A stretch of DNA of 64,000 nt from the human T2T-CHM13v2.0 reference genome, Homo sapiens. The stretch lies in assembly GCF_009914755.1 (NCBI RefSeq), contig NC_060947.1; one strand, 5' to 3'. The position numbers and the translations under genes were made by a program. This document shows, in pieces, positions 1 to 20,416 of this stretch (positions are counted from its first letter, which is position 1; each line of letters opens with the position of its first letter). The notes below the pieces were generated by a model that worked only from the letters and a program-made list of their open reading frames with translations, was not told the origin of the DNA and ran no database searches.

Positions 1-29
1 GTCCCTTTTGTCTTGTAGTAACCTCTTAA

Positions 30-338
<309 letters not shown>

Positions 339-752
339 TAATAGATTTTTAAGCACACTATACCGTATTAAGTGTAGGTACAATGTTGTGCAGGTCTCTA
401 GAATGTATTCATCAAGCAATCTGAAACTTTAGACCCATTGAACAGCAACACTACATCTCCCCTACTCCTCAGCCCCTGGCAGCCACTATTGTATTCTCTG
501 CTTCCTTGCTCTCTGCAAATCTGACTCTTTTAGATAGCCCTGGCTATGCCAGACACTGGGGTTCCCCCTCTCTCCCCTGGAACTGTATTTCTGCTGAGTG
601 TCTGGGTCCAGTGAGATATTATGCACACTATTTACACTTTATTCCATGCCAAGGTGGAAAGGGGGGTTGGACCAAGCAGAAATCCCAAGAACTCCTGTCC
701 CTCTCCATTATATGGCCTGGACACCAGCCAAGCTCAAGAAGACAGCAGTCTA

Positions 753-831
753 TTATGTTCGTGCAAAAGTAATTGCGTTTTTTGCCATTAAAGTAACGTC
801 AAAAACCATACTTACTTTTGCCCCAACCTGA
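753..831. mobile_element. MADE1 (Hsmar1-derived MITE)
   Basis: ~80-bp palindromic element TTATGTTCGTGCAAAAGTAA...TTACTTTTGCCCCAACCTGA flanked by TA. Confidence 0.85.
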
Positions 832-1264
832 TAGTTCCTTTTCCCTGGGCCCTACCTGGTCTCTCCAAGGCAGAGAGCTCCTCCCTAGAAGAAAGTTCAT
901 TCAGCTCCATCTGACCACCCTGAGGAGGGGAGAATCCACTTGCAGGAGGAAGAAGAGAACTTTGATCGGTCCATAACTTCCCCGTGGGTAGAGGGTGAGT
1001 GAGGGACCACATTGTGTCACTGCCTTGAAACCCGTATAGTCCCTCCCTGATATTGAGGGGAGAGGGTAACAGAAGAGGGCTGGAGGACTGCACGGTGCAA
1101 ACTGTTTTACATTTAAGATCTCACTTTATCCTCACAATTCTACATGTTTTAAGTATTATTTCTCCCCATTTCTTCCACAGTCCAGGATACTAAAGTTCAG
1201 AGAGGTCATATAACTTTTCAAAGGTCACACTACTAAAAAAACGGAGTCAGGCAGAAATGATTTT

Positions 1265-2230
<966 letters not shown>

Positions 2231-3169
2231 GGCATAACTGACTTTAAAACTCATTTCTTTCCCTCCTTTCACCTTTAAATATATTACTTATTGCCTACTA
2301 TGTAACAGACACCATGCCTAGCACTGGAGATTCAAAGAAAAAAAAAGAAATGGTCTCCATATTCTAGGAATCCTTAGCCCAGTGGAGACAGTAGCCTATT
2401 TATTTTTGCACAGGTTTCCCAGCCTCAGGTGTTACTTCTTGCAAAATATAAAGATGAACTGTAAAACCCATGCTAATAATTTAAAATTTTCTTTACTTAG
2501 AATGACATGAAATAGCAAATTTAAAACACCGTGACGAGTAGAGAAAGACTGTGGAGGAAAGAAAGAAGCTTTGTATTTTAGTGGTTGTAATGGCACTCAT
2601 TTCCTGCTTTTTGAGCAAGGAGTCTGCATTTTCATTTTGCACTGGCCCCCACAAATTGTGTGGCCGGCCCTGCAGCTGGTTGAGCCACTCAGCAACAGCG
2701 CGTTACAAAGTTACATGGCAAAGGGTGTGGATCCCAGGAGGGCTGGAGAATTGGGCCTTCCATGTAATTTACCACACCATGTATTTGATAGGCTGGGAAG
2801 TTTTTATTTTGTGAGGACAGGAGGATAAAAGATCTTTCAAGTTTCTTCTCAAGGGTGATAAAAGGATGACATTGGATTCAGTGAGAATAGTTGACCACAT
2901 GTACTTCTATTTTAAATTTATAAATGAGATATAATTTGGAGCCAATTGCTGGTTTATCAATCAACTTCAAACACTGGAAAGTCTTAGCTGGTCTTGCTCT
3001 CTGCTGACATCTTTAAGAGGGTTGTTTTTGCTAAAGAGCCCATAAATTAGTCTGATTAGATAGCCCCTTGAGCTATAGGGAAGGAGAGACAGCAGCGATG
3101 TCAGAGAAAATCAGCCAGAAAAAATATTTGACTTCAATGTCCCATTGCATTGATATTCCCTTTTCAAAT

Positions 3170-3500
3170 AAATCTTTTTAAAAATTTTAGATTTAAGGGG
3201 TACACATATAGGCTTCTTATATGAATCTATTGCATAAGGTGAAGTTCGGGCTTCCAGTATACCCATCACCCAAATAGTGAATATTGTACCCAACAGGTAA
3301 TTTTTCAACCCTTCCCCTCCCTGACTTTCCCCACTTTTGGGGTCCCCAGTGTCTATTATTTATATCTTTATGTCCATGCATATCTAGTGTTTAGCTTCCA
3401 CTTATAAGTGAGAACATGCAGTATTTGATTTTCTGTTTCCGTGTTATTTCACTTAGGTAATGGTCTCCAGCTCCATACATGTTGCTGCGAAGGACATTTG
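3170..3500 (-). mobile_element. L1PB/L1MA 3' end fragment
   Basis: CACTTATAAGTGAGAACATGCAGTATTTG. Confidence 0.65.
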
Positions 3501-3645
3501 ACTTTATTATTTAAAAAACCAAATAAAACTTCCTTGCTATTATTTTTTGTTTCTTGATCTGATTTCTATCATTTGTGTTACAAGTGGACTCATATTGGCT
3601 GGAAGATACAGACTTTGAACCAAGGTTGCTTCCTTTCTTCCCAAG

Positions 3646-3975
3646 TGTATTAGTCCCTTCTCACACTGCTAATAAAGACATACCCAAGACTGGGTAATTT
3701 ATAAAGAAAAAGAGGTTTAATGGACTTACAGTTCCACATGGCTGGGGAGGCCTCACAATGAAGGTGAAGGAGGAGAAAGGCACATCTTACATGGTGGCAG
3801 GCTAGAGGACATGTGCAGGGGAACTCCCCTTTATAAAACCATCAGATCTCGTGAGACTTATTCACTATCACGAGAACAGCATAGATTCAATGACCTCCCA
3901 CTGGATCCCTCCCACGACATGTGGGGATTATTACAATTCAAGGTGAGCTTTGGGTGGCGACACAGAACCATATCA
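3646..3975. mobile_element. THE1 (B/C-like) solo LTR
   Basis: TGTATTAGTC...CCATATCA; perfect 5-bp TSD CCAAG at 3641-3645 and 3976-3980. Confidence 0.88.
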
Positions 3976-4781
3976 CCAAGGTCATTTAGAAAGTAACCAG
4001 AAGACCCAAGGCTAGCACCCGTATCTCCATAGCTTCTCTTTTGCTTGCAAAGAGAGTTGGACTGCATTTTTAATAGACTATTAAGTCATTTTTGCAAATA
4101 TTATTTGTGGGCAACATATTTGTATTATTTGGGTCTTTTTTTCACCTTAATTACTGAGATATAAATCTCCATCTGGCCAAAAAAAAAAAGTTTAGTTTGC
4201 ACAAAAACATTGTCATGGATAGTTTTTAAGACTTTGAGAAAGTTCTTCACTGGCAATTCTATTAATCATTAGACAAGAAATTACAGAAACAAACCCACTG
4301 TCTGCTTAATTCAGCTCTTCAAAAGAGTTTCACTTAGGAATATGTGTTTCCATCCCAGAAATGATTAGCGGATGGTTAAATTACAAGAGGAGGGAGAATT
4401 AACATTTTGAATGAAAGGGTATATAATGAGAGAGTTTGAAGTGGAAGAAAATTGCTTTCAAATAGAATGGGATTTTTGAACAAGAGAAAAACTGGTCCAG
4501 CTATTTATGTACATTACCAGTTTCAATGATTATACTTTGGGCTCCTTTTCAGCTCTGGCCAGTCTTTCTTAACCTGCTGAATGTTTCAGCTTTCAGCTTT
4601 ACTTTTCCAGAGTTTTGCTGGAGTTATACTGCTAAAAATAGAGGCATATTGTCCACTTAGAGCTCCCTAAGATATGTGGTCTACTCAGTGGTATAGCAGC
4701 AGGATAAAGCTAGTCTCTCTTCCCTTTCTCATTCTTTTTTGGATTTGCTTTTCAAAGTCTATTTTGGTGAAAAACACATAA

Positions 4782-5474
<693 letters not shown>

Positions 5475-6699
5475 CCATCTTAGCCATTTTTACATGTATA
5501 GTTCAGTGGTGTTAAGTATACTCACATTATTTTGCAACCAATCTCCAGAACTTTTCCATCTTGCAAAACGGAAACTCTATACCGATTCCTCCACCCCATC
5601 CCCCAGCCCTTAATAATCACCTTTCTCCTTTCTATTTCTATAATTTTGACTACTTTAGACAGTTCATATGAGTGGAATCAAAGTAATTGTCCTTTTGTGA
5701 CAGATTTATTTTGCTTAGCATTGTATCTCTGAGGTTCATCCATGCTGTAGCATGGGACAGGATTTCCTTCTTCCTTTTCTCTTTACTCCTTCTCATTACT
5801 GGGCTGACAATAGGTCTGGTCTGTAGGAGATGCACTTGCCAAGGGCCTTCACCCACAAGGACAGAAATACCTTTGGGTTCTATGCCCTGGGAGAAGCAGG
5901 CAGCACTCTAGTTAATTACTCAAAGAAAGTCTAAGAGGAGAAGGGAGTTGTCTAGGTAAAGCCATGAAATTCAGGCTGAGTCTAAGGGTTTTCACTGTAT
6001 CAGTATGAGACAGCTTCTTTGGGACTTGATCCTGTCAGGGTGGTGGTCACAGAAGTCATTGAAGATTCTCAGGAGCAAAAGGCCCTAACTTTTTTTCCAT
6101 TTATCCATGAGTCTTCAAATACTGATGAAATGTTTAACATCTGCTAGGCAGGGGACACTTAATAGGGGCCTCTCAACCATTTTTGCAAATCCACACTCCT
6201 GGAATGGTGAGGGGTTGACATGAAGTGGGGGAGTCTTGGCCATGGGGGATAAGTTGGTGGATAAGCAATCCCCTCCCCTGGGCTTTGGGTGGACCTCATA
6301 CAAGCCTTCTGGTGGGCCCCTGTGCAGTTGGGCCATGCTTGCTAAAATGGATCACTTCTCACAGTGAACCACCTATACGCAAGCTGTCACCTCCGGTTCT
6401 GCTTGGAGGGATCTGAAACTAAGTTCCAGCATTTGCATCTGTTCAGAAAAACTGGATGAGGGAAAAGGCGTAACTGAAATGCAGGTGCTCTCAAAAGACA
6501 CTGACAGACACGAAGCAGAAACAGCCTGTCCCGAACATGTCAGAGTAAACTCCCAGATCTCCTGGCGCGTCCATCCCTGAACCACCCAGATGATTCCCTG
6601 GGTGACTACTGCAGCTGTTCAAGAGCAGAATGCCCTCACTTGTGTGGACCTGGATCCCACAGATTAATATCCTGCAGGCTCAGCTTGTCTGCTCTTGGC

Positions 6700-7200
6700 C
6701 AAAAGGAAGGACCGAGAAAGTGAAGAACAGCCCTGCTGGCAGCTAGGCCGTGATGTTCCCAACTGAAGATAAATAGCAACATGGGATATAAATAATGTCC
6801 AGAGAAGGCCACTCTGTGACCATGTTTGGAACTCAACAGAGACAAGGCCACTCCTCAGCCAGGAAAATGATTAACAGTTCCCCCATCCACTGCTTCTCCT
6901 TTACCAATGACAATTCCAGCCCTGTCTCAAGCTTCTCAGCTCCCAAATACAAATTAAGATACCCAATGATTGTATTGCCTCTGCTTCCTGACAACAGAGT
7001 TCAGAACATGCTCCTGCATCCCTAAACTCTTAGAATCCCTCCACACGTGCCTAAATCCTGTAATAACCAACCCCCACCCCCATTCTTCTTACTAAAATGC
7101 CCCCACAGTCCCCCTGTAGCGAGATCTTACTGGCTGCAGCAAGTAAATGAAGCTAGTTCGGTTTGGACTAGAGATGTGTCCCTGGTGGTCTTCCTGTGGC
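6700..7200 (+). mobile_element. Old LTR (MER74-like)
   Basis: 3' end ...AGTAAATGAAGCTAG...GTGTCCCTGGTGGTCTT resembles the MER74 group as I recall it; boundaries uncertain. Confidence 0.35.
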
Positions 7201-7256
7201 ACGCCTCAGCCCTGCCAGCTACCAGCTGATTCACATCAGAAGAGATGCTAAGAGGA

Positions 7257-7540
7257 GCCGGGGTGGTGGCTCATGCCTGTAATCCCAGCACTTTGGGAGG
7301 CTGAGGCGGGCAAATCATATGGGGCCAGGAGTTTGAGACCAGCCTGGCTAACATGGCAAAACCCCTGTCTCTACTAAAAATACAAAAATTAGCTGCATGT
7401 GGTGGCGCATGCCTTAATCCCAGCTACTCAGGAGACAGGAGAATCACGAACCCAGAAGGCAGAGGTTGCAGTGAGCTCAGATCGCACCCCTGCACTCCAG
7501 CCTGGGCCACAGAGCAAGACTCTCTCAAAATAAAAAGAAG
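7257..7540 (+). mobile_element. Alu
   Basis: Alu consensus; TSD AAGAGAT(G/A)CTAAG. Confidence 0.88.
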
Positions 7541-8051
7541 AGAAGAGATACTAAGGGGAAAAAAGTCACTATTTTCAAATGTTTCCCATTTCGTCTTTCT
7601 TTCCTCCTCTTTCTCCAACATAATTCAGTGTCACACATCTCTTTTAAAAATGTCCCTCTACTATTTCTTCCAAATGAGGCTCCAGCTTCCCAACAAGTTG
7701 TTGGACCCTGTTCTCTGCTTTGTAGCCCGTCAGAGAACGAACAACGCCCACTCTTCCATCTCCAAACCCCAAAACAACAACAAAGCCTCCTACATTATCA
7801 GGCAGAGCAATTTATCTCACTCAAACCTCACTCTACCCCCACACTCAGCATCTTTACAAATCTAAAGCTTCATTCATCAATTAGAAATGGAAACTAGCCT
7901 AAATATCCGATAATAGTGCATCAACTAAGTGGGCTATCTTGCAGCTGTTTAAAAAAAAGGCAATTAAGGCAACCTGGAAACCAAAAGTATTGCTTATGAA
8001 ATAATTGTTTATGAAAATAAAAGATAATACAAAAAATGGTGAGCAGTGTGA

Positions 8052-8404
<353 letters not shown>

Positions 8405-8492
8405 TCAGGAGGGATTTATGATAGATATAGCTTGAAGGCATGAGGAGGCAGCCTACCAGGGCTAAAGGAGAGAGGAATCTGATGGACAAGAC

Positions 8493-8729
8493 CAGGGTTT
8501 GGGACTAGGGTGAGAGTGAACGAGGCACTTATGCAAAATTTAACAGAGTGCCAGACAAACTCCCTCAGTAATCAAGATAAAAATATTGTAATGCAATAGT
8601 AAAAAAAAAAAAAAAAAAATCAAAATTAGGGCAAGAAACCATGATGAACACAACATCAAAATTTTAAAGGTTCGACCTGCATTTGAAGCCTGAGAGTGCC
8701 TCACCTGCCTCACCCTAGTCCCAGCCCTG
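8493..8729. mobile_element. hAT MITE (MER96-like)
   Basis: TIRs CAGGGTTTGGGACTAGGGTGAG / CTCACCCTAGTCCCAGCCCTG. Confidence 0.65.
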
Positions 8730-8746
8730 GTAGGGACAGTGACTAG

Positions 8747-9441
<695 letters not shown>

Positions 9442-10050
9442 GTAGCCAGCCCTCTAGGGCCAGTGGCCCTCTCTTTGCTCTAGGACTGAGCCCCATTGGG
9501 AATAAGGGCCACTCCTTACCAACCCCAAGAGGAGAAGGATTCCAAATGCATACACTTGGTTAAGGAATGGTTGATCCAGAGGGAAGATGTTTCGGTGTAG
9601 TCCAGTGTTAAGTAGATGTTGCAGGGGGTTAGGCTGGGACAAGAAGATAGAGCAAATAATAATGCCCTACCCTACCAAGCAAATCTCCAGAGTGAAAGTG
9701 ACCTAGTTAGGTGACTCTTGGAGATTCAGTGTGATATGGAGACATGTCTGTGAGTTAGAAGCAGCAACGGACATCATTATAGCAACCTGGGTACCCGGGG
9801 CACCATTGTTGTTGTGGGAGCAAAGGCTGAAGATGACACATTATGTGTGTGTAGAAATATTTGTAGGGCAAACCAGATGCCCCCTTCCCAGTCCCTGCCT
9901 CTGTCCCTAAGGAGCTAGAAGGCAGGCATTTACAGATGTTTGTGGATTCTGCGGGTTGGGGATGGGAGCTGATCTAGAGAAATACAGTCCTGTGATTGTT
10001 ATAAATCTATTGAGCAGTCAGGCCAGGAGGTTTGTGAAAAATCAGTTTCT

Positions 10051-10451
<401 letters not shown>

Positions 10452-10796
10452 TCAGTGTTTCCAGGGAATCTTTTCAACTATTGAAAGGGAAAATGAAGTA
10501 GCACATCCACGAAATTGCCCACATAGAATCTGGCACCACAGCCTGGATTTCAGCAAAGTTAAGCGACAATATCTCACGTGATCATCTAAATGTGAAATAT
10601 GTGTGGTTTTATCGAGATCAAGATCTTGGTTTTCCTAACAGTGTTTGTACTAGAAAACCTTGGGCCAAGTTTCTATGAAGGTAAAATGCCTGTATGATGA
10701 GGCCTAAAATAAGTAATGTTCTGTATTAAAACCTAAAACAAAAAAGCTAGGGCTGGTGATTTGCATGTGTAGTCAAGATTGAGAACCAATGAAACC

Positions 10797-11250
10797 AGTG
10801 CTGCCCGACAGAATTTTCTGCATTGATGGAACTGTTCTAGACCTTTACCGTCCAATGCAGTACCCACATGTGGCTCTTGAGCACTGAGATGTGGCTAGTG
10901 GCTGACTTTTTAAGTAATTTAAAATCAAATTTAAATAGCCACACGTGGCTACCAGCTACCGTATTTGAATGGCACAGCTTTAGTGTAGTGGTGCTCAAAT
11001 TTCGGCTGGTATCAGAGTCACCTGGGGGACTTGGTAAAACTACACAGGCCTAGGCTGCGTACTATTTCAACAAGGCTGGGATTCTGTGTTCTTCATGAGC
11101 TCGCCAGGAGATTCTCCATAGCAGCACGTCTCATTGGATCTTGTTAAAATGCAGATTCTGATTCAGTAGGTCTTACATGAGGCCTAAGAGTCTGCATTCA
11201 TTTCTAACAGGGGATACCAATGCTGCTGGTCCAGGTACCACCCTTTGAGT
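10797..11250. mobile_element. MER3 plus MER5 hAT-Charlie MITE cluster
   Basis: CACATGTGGCT...TTTAAATAGCCACACGTGGCTA (MER3); CAGAGTCACCTGG and TTGTTAAAATGCAGATTCTGATTCAGTAGG (MER5). Confidence 0.65.
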
Positions 11251-11439
11251 AACATGGTGCAAGATTTTGGTTGTATTCATTTCTTGTTACGTTACATTCC
11301 TGAATGGATGCTGTTTGCTATTTTCCAATGTTCTACTTAGTACAGTCAGGGGAAGTTCAGGTGCTTGGGACATCACCTACCCTTTAACTTTCCTCCTCCT
11401 GTGCAACCTCCAATCAGGCCTAATTCCCTACATATCTGC

Positions 11440-11801
11440 TGTATTAGTTCTCATGCAGCTAATAAAGGCATACCTGAGACTGGGTAATTTATAAAGAAAA
11501 AGAGGCTTAATGGACTCACAGTTCGACGTGGCTGGGGAGGCTTCACAATCATGGCGAAAGGCAAAGGAGAAGCAAAACCCCACCTCACACGGCAACAGGC
11601 AAGAGAGCGTGAGGAGGGGAACTGCCCCTTATAAAGCCATCAGATCTCGTGAGAACTAACTCACTATCACGAGAATAGGATGGGGGAAACTGCCCCCCTG
11701 ATTCAATTATCTCCACCTGGTCCCTCCCACAACATGTGGGGATTATGGGGACTACAATTTAAGATGAGATTTGCATGGGGACACAAAACTTAACCATGTC
11801 A
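11440..11801. mobile_element. THE1 (C-like) solo LTR
   Basis: TGTATTAGTTCTCATGC...ACCATGTCA; TSD TCTGC/CCTGC. Confidence 0.85.
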
Positions 11802-13027
11802 CCTGCTAATTGAAAATGCCAGCAAAACCTTTAGGTAGAAATCCAAAGTAAGAAACAACTTGATCATACATGTATTTTGTTTGGTGTATTATTTCGCTCT
11901 CACAATTTATTGCCTGATTGCCTTTTCCAGAAAAAAAAGAGCCCGTGTGTGTGTGTGTGTACGCACACGCGCGTTCGCACATGCTTGTGTTGGGGGGGTT
12001 GGGGTGGGAGGCAGCCAATATGCAAAGTGAGAGTGTCATTTTAAAAATTTACTAATTGCAACAGATCACCATGACTGGAAAACAAAAGCTCTGCACAGCG
12101 TAAGGCAGAGAAATGGGATTTGACAGGTATTTGCCAATATTAAGAAGTGTATTTCCTGTAGATATTAGAAAAATTCCCTAAAATTATCCTGAAAATGTGA
12201 CAATAAGCATAGATTCCTGAATAGTCAAGAGAAAAGGGGATTTTCAGTGGGTAAGAAACATTCCATTGCTTAACACGGGCTAACTTTTTAAGTCTCAGAA
12301 AGTTAAATGGGTCTTTTAATGGGAAGTAATAGGCACTCTCTAATTTCCACATACTGATGTGTTCCACAGTGTCACCCATACATTGGGCAGCTGTTCCTTT
12401 CTTAATACTCCAAGCCTATAAAACTCCCATTTAGACAAAAGGACCGAATTCTGCTCTGTGCATCTCAATTACAATCTGTTACAAATTGCAGATGCAGGAG
12501 AATGGAAGCCTGTAGGCAAAAGCCTGTGTCTCCTGCAGCCTCCTCACAGGGAAGGAAGTGTGGTCACTCAGGCTTTGTCCTCTCTGAGCGCAGAGCTGAC
12601 CAGTGTTGCTTGGCTCATATTTACTTGTAGGCTGGGGCACTCCCAGGGCACAGGGATCATGTTACCATTTCCCACCTTCCTGCTCTTCCTTTATTTCTTG
12701 CTATGCTTTCTCAGCTTCCTTTTCCGGCTTATTCTTTTCTTCCCAACCTGTAAATATTGGCCTTCTTCAAGACTCAATCCTAGCCTTTCTTCTTTATATA
12801 TTTAGCTGCTATGTTGTTCGAGACATACAAGTTTCCATATTATCGCTTCTTTTCTTAAACTGTTTGCTGTCATTCCATAACTTCCCTCTTCAGTCTCTAT
12901 AGGTTTTTTCATCTTCAATTCCTTCCTGCCTGATGATAAATATTACCATTTCTGTTATATATGACACTGGCCTGCTATCTCTTTCTTATAAATTATTCAT
13001 TTTTAAAAACTCCTTTTGATATTTTCA

Positions 13028-13626
<599 letters not shown>

Positions 13627-14396
13627 TCATATCCACTGAAACGACTGATATATTTGATTAATTTTTTTCCATAGTATGTTTATTCTATATCATTTTAATT
13701 TGGTGTTTCTTCTTTTTCTTTTTCCTTATTTTTGTTAGGTTTATGAAGTTGCTATCCATTCCATTTTTTTTGCCCTGGCTAGTTCGGAAGTTCCATTGCA
13801 CTTTCCATTCTCTTAATTGTAACTTATTGTCATCTGGTATTTATAACCAATTGCATATTTTGTTACCATTACTTGAAAACACAGCCCCCCAACTATTCTC
13901 TCACCCAACAGTCTATTTTTCCTTGCATCCCTTACCCTAATAAGATGAGGTTGTCAGTGTATTTTAACTCTCCTTCCCCCTCCACTCCACCACATCTAAT
14001 GCCTGTTTTTTTCTAAAATAGTTTCGTTCTGGATTATTATTAAAATTGCCTTTGCAGCAACTCCTTTTAAGAGTCCTTATTTAGTACTCATATTACAGAT
14101 TCTAAGATATTAATTTATGATCAATTTAGATTAAACTACTTATTACATATTTTCAGAAATACAATCACTATCCATTTAATTTAAGCTTCAGTACTTGAGG
14201 CTACTGTTTTCGTTCACTTGGTTTTTGGTTAGAATGACTTCTTGAGTATTTTTCTCAAATAAATCATGTGGTTATTAAAATTTTTTTATTCTTAAAAATC
14301 CTCAAAGATCTTTTTTTTTTCCCGTGATAGATGAATGAAATATTGGCTGGGTGTGGGATTTTTGGGTTGTAGTACTTTACTCTCAGTAGTCTCTAG

Positions 14397-15103
<707 letters not shown>

Positions 15104-15655
15104 AAGATTTATTTTTTGTTCTTGACAGCTCAGAATTTTACCACAGTATGCATACGTGTATATATCAGTCAGCTATTGTCACAATAATGCTGCATAACCA
15201 AATACCACAAAAATCTCAGTGGCATTAAACAATAAGTATTTATTCTTTTTCACACACGTATAAATCTAGGCTGTACTTAAATCTAGGCTCCAGATTGGGT
15301 CCAGGTTGGATCAGGAGCCTCCAAAAACATGCTTTTCCCATGGCAGAAAGCAGGAGCACAGGGTGGTGAGGCCAGCTATGCAGGTATAATTCAAGTTTTG
15401 CTTGAATCACATCTATTAACATCCCATTGGCCAAAGTGAGTCACACAGCCAAACCCAAAGTCAAGAGTTAAGAAAGTACTGCTCACCCATATTAGATAAG
15501 GGGAGGGAATAAATGTCTGTTGAGCAACAATTTCATGTATTGTAGTGTGTAGATTATCTACTATTATCCTCCTGGAAACTACTGGGAACTCAGTGCAGCT
15601 TTTCAATCTATAAACTTGGGTCTTTGTTTTGTTCAAGGAAAAGTTTCCGTCATTA

Positions 15656-15897
15656 CTGTCGTCCCTCTTTATATGTGAGAGATTGGTTGCAGGACCCTAA
15701 CATTTACCAAAATCTGTGCATAGCCAAGTCTCACAGGCAGCCCTGCAGAACCCAAGTATATGAAAAGTCTGCTCTCTGTATGTACGGGTTTCACATCTTA
15801 TGGATACCATATTTTTCATCTGAGTTTGGTTGAAAAAAAGTCCCCATTATAAGTGGGCCCATGAGGTTCAAATCTGTGTCGTTCAAGAGCCAATGTA
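15656..15897 (-). mobile_element. MER8 (Tigger MITE)
   Basis: CTGTCGTCCCTC...GTCGTTCAAGAGCCAATG matches the reverse complement of the MER8 consensus as recalled. Confidence 0.7.
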
Positions 15898-16170
15898 CTC
15901 GCATAATCATGCTTACCCGCCATCAGTTCGTTTTCCCCTCCTTGATCTCCTATTTTTGCTTGTCTCTATCTTCCAAGTCTCTTATTTTTATAATTCCATC
16001 TTTTTGTATTTTTTGAGATAGTATGTTTGAGATATTTCTTCTCCTTCCCCCAAATTACTACCTCTGGATGCAATGGCAGGATGCAAGGAGATCTACTGTA
16101 TTTTAAAATTTTGAAATCATTTTCACCTAGTTACAGAAAGTTTTTGTGTGTGGGAGGATGCTTGCATGTA

Positions 16171-16284
16171 TAGGGTGACTAACTCATCCTGGTTTGCCCG
16201 GGACTGTCTTGGTTTTAGCACTGAAGGCCTCACATCCCTGCATCTCCCTTAGTCCCGGGAAAACCAGGATTGTTGGTCACCCTA
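16171..16284. mobile_element. MER81 (hAT-Blackjack MITE)
   Basis: TIRs TAGGGTGAC / GTCACCCTA; 114 bp. Confidence 0.75.
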
Positions 16285-16363
16285 ATGCTGTATTTGAATC
16301 TCTTTTTCTTAGTTTTATTTTTAAAAATTTGTTATTTGTCCTCTAGCAATTCTGTTTCCCTGA

Positions 16364-16715
<352 letters not shown>

Positions 16716-17126
16716 TGCTGGGACTTCTTAGATGTCTTGTTACTTTTCTTTATCCATTGTACTGAGACTATTTGGGTCTCACTTGTCATGCATCAGGACT
16801 TGGAGTTAATTTTAAGTCATCACCTTTATTCAGGGGAAGGAAAACTTAACAAGGCCAGGGTAACAGGAGAAGAGAAGGCCCATCCCCCCTTCCTTCCATT
16901 ATCCATTAGAGAAATTTGCCAGCGTCACCGCACCCTCCTGGTTATATAGTGTGTGTCTGCATTCCGGAAGAGGGACCTGCCCCCTTACTGCTCTCCTTTT
17001 ATAGAGTGAGGATGAGAAGACAACTTTATTAATGAAGGGACACATAAACTGCTTGAGTGCCAGGAAGTCTGGAGTTGGATGCTAGCTGTTTAAAGGAGTT
17101 ACCTAGGAATTCCAGCTGCTGGCCTC

Positions 17127-18153
<1,027 letters not shown>

Positions 18154-18402
18154 AGAGCCCATTAGAAATTATGTGCCCTCTGGTCAGGGGAAGGCAGCCA
18201 CTGGTCCCATAGGAAGCTGAGTTCAGTAGAAGGCCCCTTCCCCACTCTGTTCCAGCCCCAGCTGATTTATGATACAGGCAACTCAGAATGAGGTCATTTT
18301 TAGATAATTCTGCTTATTTTAGTATAGTAGATAATAGACAACTATAGGGTGTTCCATAGTTCCTGATCTCTGTATATTCTAATCTATGGAAGGGTTGTCT
18401 AC

Positions 18403-18849
18403 TGTGATGGTTAATACTGAGTGTCAACTTGATTGGATTGAAGGATGCAAAGTATTGATCCTGAGTGTCTGTGAGGGTGTTACCAAAGGAGATTAACACT
18501 TGAGTCAGCGGACTGGGAAAGGCAGACCCACCCTTAATCTGGGTCGGCACCATCTAATCAGCTGCCAGAGCAGCCAGAATAAAAGTGGGCAGAAAATCGT
18601 GAAAAGACTAGCCTGGCTTAGCCTCCCGGCCTACATCTTTCTCCTGTGCCAGATGCTTCCTGCCCTTGAGCATTGGACTCCAAGTTCTTCAGCTTTGGGA
18701 CCTGGACTGGCTTCCTTGCTCCTCAGCATGCAGATGGCCTTTTGTGGGACCTTGTGATCGTGTGAGTTAACAGTCCTTAATAAACTCCCCTTAATATATA
18801 CATCTATCCTATTAGTTCTGTCCCTCTGGAGAAAACCCTGACTAATACA
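18403..18849 (+). mobile_element. MLT2A1-like (HERV-L) solo LTR
   Basis: TGTGATGGTTAATACTGAGTGTCAACTTGATTGGATTG...CCCTGACTAATACA; TSD TCTAC/TCTCC. Confidence 0.85.
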
Positions 18850-19411
18850 TCTCCCAAGGATTTATTTATAAGTATTTTCCTATGGAAGCAATTTTATAAA
18901 CAGTAGTTATACTTAGCCCTAGTTTTTTCTAGACTAGCTCTCTAAACTTATTATGCAGCTTCAATTTAGTGGTTAAGACAATGAATTTTGGAACCAGACT
19001 ACCTAGATTCAAATCCTGGCCTCTTTGTTAACTAGATGTGTGACCTTTGACAAGTTACACTTACCTCTCTGTTTCCTCACTTGAAAATTGAGTTAACAAT
19101 ACCAGCCACCAATAGAATTGTTTTGAGGATTAAATGGATAATGCATGCCTTGTAAGCAACTACTTTCTAAGCTGCTATGATAACCATTTAATAATTTGGC
19201 CACTAGGTACAATTTAAGCAAACTTGATCACCACCTGTAGTCTTGTTCATATAACATATACTGCTGGGGGCGATGCTTTTTACCTATTTCTTCTGTTTCC
19301 AGGGGGCGGAGCTTCCATTAGAGCAACAGTTCTTAATCTGGGGTCTGTGGACACTTTCAGGGGACCCATGAACTTAATAAGAAAAAAACCTTACATTGTA
19401 ATTTCACCTGA

Positions 19412-19725
<314 letters not shown>

Positions 19726-20076
19726 ATTTTATCTGACTTCTAACTGAAATGCAGTATTTCCTGCAAGTATGAATATAGACAACAAACTGCAGTATTACCA
19801 GTGTCTATAAATTTGTAGCTAATAGAAATGAGATATTTTCTTATGAAATTTCACTTGTTGCAGATATCTCAAAATATCGTTTAAGCTCATCACTACTTCA
19901 AAATTATGGTAGTTATTAGTCCCACCGTTGTCTTATTATTTAATGCATTAATAAAGGAACACATAGATTATCATGAATGTATTTACGGTATATACTTTCA
20001 GGGTTGTATTTTAGTGTAATTGGTTTCCTTTGTAATACCATGTATTTTATTTTATGCCCTTAAAAATGTTATTTTG

Positions 20077-20416
<340 letters not shown>

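Noticed and set aside
7353-7865. 170-aa ORF
   Set aside because: Starts within an Alu and continues in low-complexity sequence; no recognisable domain.
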